Source: Vicinamibacterales bacterium
Lineage (GTDB): Bacteria > Acidobacteriota > Vicinamibacteria > Vicinamibacterales > UBA2999
NCBI GenBank assembly: GCA_050250875.1
Contig: JBFWNV010000003.1
Coordinates: forward strand, 167,153 to 231,152
DNA: 64,000 nt
Direction: 5' to 3'
Under the pieces are notes generated by a model. The model had not been told where the DNA came from, searched no databases, and was given only the letters and a program-made list of their open reading frames with translations. Below, one piece after another: positions 7,313 to 15,189 of this stretch (position 1 is the stretch's first letter; each line of letters begins with the position of its first letter). The translations under genes and the position numbers were made by a program.

Positions 7313-8575
7313 ATGGACGTTCAACGACCCGCATCCGTCGCCCGTCAGAAGAAGCTGCGCCGCATCTACATGGGCGTCGCCGCCGTCGCCGTCGTCGCGC
7401 TCGTCTCGGTGTTCCTCGCCCGGTTGAAGCCGGCGTCGCCGACGGTCGAGCGCGCCACGGTCTGGGTCGACACCGTGAAGCGCGGCGAGCTGATCCGCCA
7501 GGTGCGCGGCCTCGGCACGCTGGTGCCGGTGGACGAGGCGCGCCGCTGGCTGGCGTCGTCCACGCAGGGCCGCGTCGAGCGCATCGTGCTGCGTCCCGGC
7601 GCCCAGGTGACACCCGACACGGTGATCATCGAGCTCGCCGACCCGCAGCTCCAGCAGCAGCTGCTCGAGGCCGAGAACCAGCTGCGCGCCGCCGAAGCCG
7701 ATCTCGCCAGCCTGAAGGCCCGGCTCGACACCGAGCGGCTGAACCAGCGCTCGATCGCCGCCACGGTCGAAGCCGACTACGAGCAGGCGCGGCTCGAGCG
7801 CGAGGTCAACGAGGACCTGGCCCGGGACGGCCTGGTGTCGAACCTCATCCTCAAGCAGTCCACGGTCCGTTCGGAATCGCTGCGCACCCGCGCTCAGCTC
7901 GAGAAGGAACGCGTGTCGGTCAACGAGGAGAGCGTCCGCGCGCAGCTGCTCGGCCAGCAGGCCCGCGTCGATCAGCTGCGCACGCTGTTCCAGCTGCGGC
8001 GCCACCAGGTGGACGACCTGCGCGTCCGCGCCGGGATGACCGGCGTGCTCGAACAGGTGCCGGTGGAGGTCGGCCAGCAGGTGGCGCCGGGCACCAACGT
8101 GGCCCGCGTCGCCGACCCGAACCGCCTCAAGGCCGAGCTGCGCATCGCCGAGACGCAGGCCCGCGACCTCACCATCGGCCAGGTCGCGTCGGTGGACACC
8201 CGCAACGGCATCATCCCCGGCCGGGTCATCCGCATCGACCCGGCGGCGCAGAACGGCACCGTCACGGTCGACGTCGAGCTGCAGGGCGAGCTGCCGCGCG
8301 GCGCCCGTCCGGATCTGAGCGTCGACGGCACGGTTGAACTCGACCGCCTGGAGAACGTCTTGTACGTGGGACGGCCGGCCTTCGGGCAGGAGAACAGCGC
8401 CGTCGGCCTGTTCCTGGTCGACGCGGCCTCGGGCGAAGCCAGCCGGGTCCAGGTACAGCTCGGGCGCAGTTCGGTGAACACGATCGAAGTGAAGGGTGGC
8501 GTGAAGGAAGGCGATCAGCTGGTGCTGTCGGACATGTCCGCGTGGGACGCGTTCAACAGCGTGCGGCTGCGGTAA
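7313..8575 (+). CDS. HlyD/MacA-family periplasmic adaptor (membrane fusion protein)
   Basis: ATG at 7313 with AAGGAG 12 nt upstream. N-terminal TM IYMGVAAVAVVALVSVFL, long coiled-coil segment (QLLEAENQLRAAEADLASLKARL...), beta-barrel C-terminus. Confidence 0.8.
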   Translation: MDVQRPASVARQKKLRRIYMGVAAVAVVALVSVFLARLKPASPTVERATVWVDTVKRGELIRQVRGLGTLVPVDEARRWLASSTQGRVERIVLRPGAQVTPDTVIIELADPQLQQQLLEAENQLRAAEADLASLKARLDTERLNQRSIAATVEADYEQARLEREVNEDLARDGLVSNLILKQSTVRSESLRTRAQLEKERVSVNEESVRAQLLGQQARVDQLRTLFQLRRHQVDDLRVRAGMTGVLEQVPVEVGQQVAPGTNVARVADPNRLKAELRIAETQARDLTIGQVASVDTRNGIIPGRVIRIDPAAQNGTVTVDVELQGELPRGARPDLSVDGTVELDRLENVLYVGRPAFGQENSAVGLFLVDAASGEASRVQVQLGRSSVNTIEVKGGVKEGDQLVLSDMSAWDAFNSVRLR

Positions 8576-8604
8576 AGGAACGGCGGGCGAAGCCCGACCG
8601 CCAG

Positions 8605-8623
8605 CCCGAGGCCCGAGCCCCGG
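8605..8623. repeat. Single C-rich heptad arm CCCGAGG CCCGAGC CCCGG
   Basis: Read directly. It lies in the 65-nt spacer just upstream of the SD and ATG at 8641. Confidence 0.5.
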
Positions 8624-8640
8624 TTCAAAAAGGAGCCACG

Positions 8641-9345
8641 ATGTCCGACTCTGCTCAGTCCCTCATTCGTCTCGACGGTATCAAGAAGGTCTTCTTGACC
8701 GACGAGGTGGAGACGCACGCCCTCTCGGGCATCCACATGGAGATCAAGCAGGGCGAGTACGTGGCCATCTCGGGACCGTCGGGCTGCGGCAAGTCGACGC
8801 TGCTGGCCATCCTCGGGCTGCTCGACTCGCCCTCCGACGGCAAGTACTGGCTGAACGGCCAGGAAGTGGCCGACCTGCCGATGTCGCAGCGGGCCCGGGT
8901 CCGCAACCGTGAGATCGGGTTCATCTTCCAGAGCTTCAACCTGATCGGCGATCTCACCGTGTTCGAGAACGTCGAGCTGCCGCTCATCTACCGCGGCATG
9001 AAGTCGGCCGAGCGGCGCGAACGCGTCAACGCGGCGCTCGAGCGGGTCGGCATGGCGCACCGCGCCAAGCACCTGCCGTCGCAGCTCTCGGGCGGCCAGC
9101 AGCAGCGCGTCGCGGTGGCCCGCGCCGTCGCCGGCCAGCCGTCGATCCTGCTCGCCGACGAGCCCACCGGCAACCTCGACTCGAAGAACGGCGAGGCGGT
9201 GATGGACCTGCTGCGCGAACTGCACCGCGCCGGCGCGACCATCTGCATGGTCACCCACGACCCGCGCTACGCCGCGCACGCCGACCGCGCCATCCACCTG
9301 TTCGACGGCCGGGTGGTCGAAGACAACGTCGCGGCGCTGGCCTGA
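8641..9345 (+). CDS. ABC transporter ATP-binding protein, MacB/LolD-type (ATPase 1)
   Basis: ATG with AAAGGAG upstream. Walker A GPSGCGKST, signature LSGGQQQR, Walker B ILLADEPT, H-loop MVTHD. Confidence 0.9.
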   Translation: MSDSAQSLIRLDGIKKVFLTDEVETHALSGIHMEIKQGEYVAISGPSGCGKSTLLAILGLLDSPSDGKYWLNGQEVADLPMSQRARVRNREIGFIFQSFNLIGDLTVFENVELPLIYRGMKSAERRERVNAALERVGMAHRAKHLPSQLSGGQQQRVAVARAVAGQPSILLADEPTGNLDSKNGEAVMDLLRELHRAGATICMVTHDPRYAAHADRAIHLFDGRVVEDNVAALA

Positions 9346-9370
9346 GGCCGGTGCGACGGGCCGCGACACC

Positions 9371-11797
9371 GTGATCGCCGTGGGCGTGCTCGACGACCTC
9401 GGCCAGGGCCTGCGGGCCCTGCGCCGCGCGCCCGGCTTCTGCGCGCTCGCCCTCCTCACCCTGGCGCTGGGCATCGGCGGCACCGCCGCGATGTTCAGCG
9501 TCGTCTACGGCGTGCTGCTGCGGCCGCTGCCGTTCGCCGCGCCCGAGCAGCTCGTCCGCGTCTGGAGCACCGCCGGCAACGGCGAGCGCGGGTCGTTCGC
9601 CCCCGGCCGCTTCCTCGACGTCGAGCGGGAGTCGCGGGCGCTCGGCGGCGCCGCCGCCTACATCAGCACCTTCAGCGGCGTGGCCGCCGGCGGCGAACCC
9701 GTCCGGCTGGCCGGCGCCGAGGTGACCGCCGACTTCTTCGACGTGCTCGGCGCGCCGGCGGCGCGCGGCCGCACGTTCACCGCCGCCGATCGGCCCGGCG
9801 CGGCGCTCCTGGTCCTCTCCGACGGCGCGTGGCGCCAGCAGTTCGGGGCCGACCCGGCCATCGTCGGCCGGTCGCTGCGCGTCGACGGCCAGCCGTTCGA
9901 GGTCGTCGGCATCATGCCGCGCGACTTCGCGCTGCCCGAGCGGGCGCGCTTCTGGCGCCTGGCGCCACAACTGGTCCCGACGCCGCCGATGGAGGTCGAG
10001 GGCGTGCTGCTGGCCCAGCGCGGCCTCGCCTACATGGACGTCATCGCCCGCCTCGCGCCCGGGGTCACGCCGGCCGAGGCGGCGGCCGAGCTGCGGGTGC
10101 TGGCCGCCACGCTCGGCACGCGTCATCCCGACGACGACGCCGGCAACGGCTTCGACCTCGAGCCGGTCTACGAGACCATCGTCGGCGACGTGCGGCGATC
10201 GCTGCTCCTGCTGTTCGCCGCGGTCGGCGCGGTGCTGCTCATCGCCTGCACCAACGTCGCCAGCCTGATGCTGGCGCGCGCCCTCGGCCGCCGGCGCGAG
10301 CTGGCGGTGCGCATTGCGCTCGGTGCCCCCCGCGGCCGACTCGCCCGCCAGCTGATCGTCGAGAGCCTCGTGCTGGCGCTCGCCGGCGGCGCGCTCGGCG
10401 TCGTCGTCGCCGGCTGGGCGCTCGACGGGCTGCGGCTGCTGCTGCCGGCCACCGTGCCGCGCCTGGCGGCGATCCGCCTCGACTGGACGGCGGTGGCGTT
10501 CGCCGCGGCGACGTCGCTGGTCGTCGGCCTGGCCTTCGGCACGGCGCCGGCGTGGACGAGCCGGGCCCTCGCCTCGTTCGACGCGCTGCGCGACGGCGGA
10601 CGCACCAGCACCGGCGGGCGCCAGTGGCTGCGCCGCGGGCTGGTCGTCGGCCAGGTCGCGCTGGCCGCCGTGCTGCTCGCCGCCGCCGGCGTCATGGCGA
10701 CGAGCCTGTTCAAGCTGCAGCGCGTCGATATCGGCTTCGACGCCCGGGGCGTCGTCACCCAGCAGCTGGTCCTGCCGCAGTCGCGCTACGACCGCGCCGC
10801 CCAGGTGCGCTTCTACGAGGCGGTGACCGAACGGCTCGCCGCCGATCCACGCGTCGCCGCTGCGGCCGTCGTCTTCCCCTCGCCGTTCGGCGTCAGCCAG
10901 ACCGCCGCCACGATCCGGCTCGATCGGCCGGCGCCCGGCAGCGCCGCCGATGCCGAGCACGTCGTGCGCCTGGCCTCGATCACGCCGGGCTTCTTCGACG
11001 CGATGGGCATCCCGCTGCTGGCCGGCCGCCGTTTCGACCCCGCCGACTTTCCCCAGGCGGCACGCCGCGCCATCGTCAACCGCGCGTTCGCCGCGCGCCT
11101 GCTCGGCGGCGGCGACGTCATCGGCCGCTACCTGCAGCTGGGTGACGACGCCGACGACCGCTACACGATCGTCGGCGTGGCCGCCGATGCGCGGGCCGCC
11201 CGGCTCGACCAGGCCGCCGAGCCGATCGCCTACCTGCCGCACAGCCATCTGACCCTGCCGTTCATGCGGCTGATCGTCCGCGGCACCGGCGCCGAGGCCG
11301 CGACCCGCGACGCGATGGCGATGGCGCTTCGCGCCGAAGCCCCCGACCTCGCCCTCGATCCGCCGCAGACGCTGGCGGCCCTGGTGAGCGACTCCACGGC
11401 CGAGCCGCGCTTCCGCAGCCGCCTCGTGGCCGCGTTCGCCGCCACGGCGCTCGGCCTGGCGATCCTCGGGCTCTACAGCCTGGTCAGCTTCACGGTGTCG
11501 GGCCGCACCCGCGAGATCGCGACCCGCCTGGCGCTCGGCGCCACGCCGGCGGCGATGCGGACCGGCGTGATTCGCGAGGGCCTGGCCCTGACCGCCGCCG
11601 GCCTGGCGGTCGGCCTGAGCGTCGCGGCGGCGCTCGGCCGACTCGTCGAAGGGCTGCTGTACGAGACCGCGGCGCTCGACCCCGCCGTCACCGCGGCGCT
11701 GGTGGTGGTGATGACGCTGGCCGCGGTCGTGGCATGCTATCTTCCGGCCCGGCGCGCCATGCGCGTCGCGCCCACCGAGGCGCTGCGCGCCGAGTGA
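9371..11797 (+). CDS. Duplicated FtsX-domain ABC permease, ADOP-like (MacB-type fold twice in one chain)
   Basis: 808 aa. N-terminus LRALRRAPGFCALALLTLALGIGGTAAMFSVVYGVLLRPLPF is typical of ADOP/MacB permeases. There are two TM-periplasmic domain-FtsX units, ending ...LARALGRRRELAVRIALGA and ...SGRTREIATRLALGA. Confidence 0.85.
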   Translation: MIAVGVLDDLGQGLRALRRAPGFCALALLTLALGIGGTAAMFSVVYGVLLRPLPFAAPEQLVRVWSTAGNGERGSFAPGRFLDVERESRALGGAAAYISTFSGVAAGGEPVRLAGAEVTADFFDVLGAPAARGRTFTAADRPGAALLVLSDGAWRQQFGADPAIVGRSLRVDGQPFEVVGIMPRDFALPERARFWRLAPQLVPTPPMEVEGVLLAQRGLAYMDVIARLAPGVTPAEAAAELRVLAATLGTRHPDDDAGNGFDLEPVYETIVGDVRRSLLLLFAAVGAVLLIACTNVASLMLARALGRRRELAVRIALGAPRGRLARQLIVESLVLALAGGALGVVVAGWALDGLRLLLPATVPRLAAIRLDWTAVAFAAATSLVVGLAFGTAPAWTSRALASFDALRDGGRTSTGGRQWLRRGLVVGQVALAAVLLAAAGVMATSLFKLQRVDIGFDARGVVTQQLVLPQSRYDRAAQVRFYEAVTERLAADPRVAAAAVVFPSPFGVSQTAATIRLDRPAPGSAADAEHVVRLASITPGFFDAMGIPLLAGRRFDPADFPQAARRAIVNRAFAARLLGGGDVIGRYLQLGDDADDRYTIVGVAADARAARLDQAAEPIAYLPHSHLTLPFMRLIVRGTGAEAATRDAMAMALRAEAPDLALDPPQTLAALVSDSTAEPRFRSRLVAAFAATALGLAILGLYSLVSFTVSGRTREIATRLALGATPAAMRTGVIREGLALTAAGLAVGLSVAAALGRLVEGLLYETAALDPAVTAALVVVMTLAAVVACYLPARRAMRVAPTEALRAE

Positions 11798-11798
11798 T

Positions 11799-11826
11799 CC
11801 CCCGGGCCCCGAGCCCCGAGTCCCGC
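11799..11826. repeat. Single C-rich heptad arm CCCCCGGGCCCCGAGCCCCGAGTCCCGC
   Basis: Fills the entire spacer between the permease stop (11797) and the ATG at 11827. No SD is visible. Confidence 0.5.
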
Positions 11827-12495
11827 ATGATTCGCTTAGCCAACATCGAGAAGTCCTACCGCCACGGCGTCAGCCAGACCTTCGTGCTGCGCCGCGTCAG
11901 CGTCGAGATCGCCCAGGGCGACTTCGTGTCGATCATGGGGCCGTCGGGCGCCGGCAAGAGCACGCTGCTCCACATCCTCGGCATGCACGACTCGGCGTGG
12001 AGCGGCGAGTACTGGCTGCACGACCAGCCGGTGCACGCCCTGTCGAACAAGGACCGGCTGCGGCTGCAGAAGCAGCACATCGGCTTCGTGTTCCAGAGCT
12101 ATCACCTGCTCGACAACCTGACGGTCTACGAGAACATCGACCTCCCGCTCTCCTACCGCGACGTCAAGCGCACCGAGCGGCAGGGCATGGTCGGCGACAT
12201 CCTCGACCGGTTCAACATCGTCGGCAAGAAGGATCTCTATCCGAACCAGCTCTCGGGCGGCCAGCAGCAGCTGGTCGCCATCGCCCGCGCCGTCGTCGCC
12301 AACCCGACGATCATCCTCGCCGACGAGCCGACCGGCAACCTGCACTCCGACCAGGGCCGCGAGATCATGGAGCTGTTCGCCAAGCTCAACGCCCAGGGCA
12401 CGACGGTCGTGCAGGTGACCCACTCGGAAGCCAACGCCGCCTTCAGCCGCCGCGTCATCCGCCTGAAGGACGGCTGGATCGTCGATGCGGCCTGA
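11827..12495 (+). CDS. ABC transporter ATP-binding protein (ATPase 2, distinct paralogue)
   Basis: Start at MIRLANIEKSY. Walker A GPSGAGKST, LSGGQQQL, Walker B IILADEPT, H-loop VTHS. It differs from ATPase 1 over most positions by eye. Confidence 0.9.
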   Translation: MIRLANIEKSYRHGVSQTFVLRRVSVEIAQGDFVSIMGPSGAGKSTLLHILGMHDSAWSGEYWLHDQPVHALSNKDRLRLQKQHIGFVFQSYHLLDNLTVYENIDLPLSYRDVKRTERQGMVGDILDRFNIVGKKDLYPNQLSGGQQQLVAIARAVVANPTIILADEPTGNLHSDQGREIMELFAKLNAQGTTVVQVTHSEANAAFSRRVIRLKDGWIVDAA

Positions 12496-13846
12496 CGTCC
12501 CGCCGCGCGTCCTCATCGCCGACGACCAGGCCGACGTCCTCGAGGCGCTGCGCCTCCTGCTCAAGCCCGAGGGCTACGTCATCGACACGGCTGCCTCGCC
12601 GGCCCAGGTGACGCGGGCGCTCGACCTCAAGGACTACGACGTCGTCCTCATCGACCTGAACTACGCGCGCGACACCACCTCGGGCGAAGAGGGGCTCGAT
12701 CTGCTCAGCCGCATCCACGCCGCCGACGAGTCGCTGCCGGTGGTGGTGATGACGGCCTGGGGCTCGGTGGACGTCGCCGTCGAGGCGATGCGCCGCGGCG
12801 CCCGCGACTTCATCCAGAAGCCGTGGGACAACGAACGCCTGCTGTCGATCCTGCGCACGCAGACCGAGCTGGGCCGGGCGATCCGCCGCGGCCGCCGGCT
12901 CGAGCTGGCCAACCAGGCGCTGCAGGCCGACGGCCACTCGCCGCTGCTGGCCGAATCGGCGGCGATGCGGCCGGTGCTGGAAGTGATCGCGCGGGTCGGC
13001 CCGGCCGACGCCAACGTCCTCATCACCGGCGAGAACGGCACCGGCAAGAGCCTGGTGGCGCAGGCCCTGCACGCCGTGTCGCCGCGCGCCGCGCGGCCGA
13101 TGGTCACCGTGAACGCCGGCGGCATGGCCGAGGGCGTCTTCGAGAGCGAGCTGTTCGGCCACGTCCGCGGCGCCTTCACCGACGCCAAGGTCGATCGGGT
13201 CGGCCGCTTCGAACTGGCCGACGGCAGCACGCTGTTCCTCGACGAGATCGCCAACGTGCCGCTCAGCCAGCAGACCAAGCTGCTGCGCGTGATCGAGACC
13301 GGCGAGTTCGAACGGGTCGGCTCGTCGAAGACCCGCAAGGTCAACGTGCGCGTCATCTCGGCGACCAACGCCGACCTCGCCGCCGAAGTGGCGGCCGGGC
13401 GGTTCCGCCAGGACCTGCTGTTCCGTCTCAACACCATCGAGATCGCCCTGCCGCCGCTGCGCGACCGCCGCGAGGACATCCCGCTGCTGGCGCGGCACTA
13501 CCTGCGCCTGCACGCCCAGCGCTACCGCAAGTCGCTCACCGGCTTCGACCCGAGCGCCCTCCAGCTGCTGCTCGACCACCGCTGGCCGGGCAACGTCCGC
13601 GAGCTCGATCACGCCATCGAGCGGGCGGTGCTGATGGCCCAGGGCAACGTCGTCCGCGCCACCGACCTCGGCCTGCGCGTCGAGCACGCCGGCGCCGGGC
13701 GGCTCGAGGACATGAGCCTCGAGGAAGTCGAAGCCTTCCTCATCAAGAAGGCGATGGCCCGCTACGGCAACGTCAGCCAGTCCGCCCGGGCCCTCGGCCT
13801 GTCGCGCAGCGCGCTCTACCGCCGCCTGGAGCGCTACAAGCTGTAA
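12485..13846 (+). CDS. Sigma54-dependent response regulator (receiver-AAA+-Fis HTH, NtrC family)
   Basis: Receiver VLIADDQ...VVLIDLNY. Walker [15 protein letters not shown] in place of GAFTGA. Walker B LFLDEI. C-terminal [21 protein letters not shown]. Overlaps ATPase 2 by 11 nt. Confidence 0.85.
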   Translation: MRPDVPPRVLIADDQADVLEALRLLLKPEGYVIDTAASPAQVTRALDLKDYDVVLIDLNYARDTTSGEEGLDLLSRIHAADESLPVVVMTAWGSVDVAVEAMRRGARDFIQKPWDNERLLSILRTQTELGRAIRRGRRLELANQALQADGHSPLLAESAAMRPVLEVIARVGPADANVLITGENGTGKSLVAQALHAVSPRAARPMVTVNAGGMAEGVFESELFGHVRGAFTDAKVDRVGRFELADGSTLFLDEIANVPLSQQTKLLRVIETGEFERVGSSKTRKVNVRVISATNADLAAEVAAGRFRQDLLFRLNTIEIALPPLRDRREDIPLLARHYLRLHAQRYRKSLTGFDPSALQLLLDHRWPGNVRELDHAIERAVLMAQGNVVRATDLGLRVEHAGAGRLEDMSLEEVEAFLIKKAMARYGNVSQSARALGLSRSALYRRLERYKL

Positions 13847-13869
13847 CCTGAGGGCCCCGTCCCTCGCCC

Positions 13870-15183
13870 ATGAACCGTCTGCGCTTCGATCAGCACGCCG
13901 TCGCGCTGGCCCTCGGCGCGTCGCTGCCGGCGCTCGTCGCGGCGCTGCTGCTGCTGTGGACCGGCGGCTACTCGGCCAAGGTGCAGTGGACGGTGACCAC
14001 GGTGCTGGCCGCCGTCGCCGCCGGGTGCCTGGTGTCGCTCCGCGCCCACGTCGTGACGCCGCTGCAGACGCTGGCCAACCTGATCGCCGCGATGCGCGAG
14101 GACGATTTCTCGATCCGCGGCCGCACGGTGTCGGCCGGCGACCCGCTGGGCGACGTGATGAGCGAGGTCAACGCCCTGGCCGAGACGCTGCACGAGCAGC
14201 GCCTCGGTGCCGTCGAGGCGACGGCGCTGCTGCGCACGGTGATGGAGCAGATCGACGTCGCCGTGCTGGCCTTCGACCCGGCGCAGCGGCTGCGCCTGGT
14301 CAACCGCACGGGCGAACGGCTGCTCGGCCGCCCGGCCGAGCAGGCGCTGGGACGCTCGGCGCAGGAACTCGGCGTCACCGACTGGTTCGGCGAGGCGCCG
14401 CGGATCGTCGATCTGGCCGTGCCGGGCGGCGTCGGGCGCTGGGAGGTGCGGCGCACCACCTTCCGGCTCGGCGGGCAGCGTCACGACCTGCTGGTCCTCT
14501 CGGACGTCAGCCGGCCGCTGCGCGAGGAGGAGCGCCAGGCCTGGCAGCGCCTCATCCGCGTCATCGGCCACGAGCTGGGCAACTCGCTCGGGCCGATCAA
14601 GTCGATCGCCGGATCGCTCGACGCCCTGCTCAACCGCGAGCCGCCGCCCGCCGACCTGCGCGACGACCTGCGCCGCGGCCTGCAGGTGATCGGCGCGCGC
14701 GCCGAGTCGCTGAGCCGGTTCACCGCCGCCTACGCGCAGCTGGCCAAGCTGCCGCCGCCGCGGCTCGCCCCGGTGGTGCTGAAGCCGCTGCTGCAGCGCG
14801 TCGCCGGCGTCGAGACCCGCGTGCCGGTGACGGTGCGGCCGGGGCCCGACATCACGCTGAACGTCGACGGCGATCAGATCGAGCAACTGGTGATCAACCT
14901 GCTGCGCAACGCCGCCGAGGCGACCCTCGACGCCGGCGGACACGGCGTGTCGATCGGCTGGCGGCAGACGCCGCGCGGAGTCGACGTGTGGGTCGACGAC
15001 GACGGACCGGGTCCGCCGAAGACCGCCAACCTGTTCGTGCCGTTCTTCACCACCAAGCCCGGCGGCTCGGGCATCGGACTGGTGCTGTGCCGGCAGATCG
15101 CCGAGGCGCACGGCGGCACGCTGGCGCTCGAGCTGCGCCCGCGCGGCAGCGGCTGTCGCGCCACCCTCACGCTGCCGATATGA
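13870..15183 (+). CDS. Sensor histidine kinase (2 TM with about a 3-residue loop, HAMP, PAS, HisKA, HATPase)
   Basis: TM1 AVALALGASLPALVAALLLLW, loop SAK, TM2 VQWTVTTVLAAVAAGCLVSL. H-box VIGHELGNSLGPI. N-box NLLRNAAEA. DDGPG and GGSGIGL. Confidence 0.85.
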   Translation: MNRLRFDQHAVALALGASLPALVAALLLLWTGGYSAKVQWTVTTVLAAVAAGCLVSLRAHVVTPLQTLANLIAAMREDDFSIRGRTVSAGDPLGDVMSEVNALAETLHEQRLGAVEATALLRTVMEQIDVAVLAFDPAQRLRLVNRTGERLLGRPAEQALGRSAQELGVTDWFGEAPRIVDLAVPGGVGRWEVRRTTFRLGGQRHDLLVLSDVSRPLREEERQAWQRLIRVIGHELGNSLGPIKSIAGSLDALLNREPPPADLRDDLRRGLQVIGARAESLSRFTAAYAQLAKLPPPRLAPVVLKPLLQRVAGVETRVPVTVRPGPDITLNVDGDQIEQLVINLLRNAAEATLDAGGHGVSIGWRQTPRGVDVWVDDDGPGPPKTANLFVPFFTTKPGGSGIGLVLCRQIAEAHGGTLALELRPRGSGCRATLTLPI

Positions 15184-15189
15184 GCGGGC

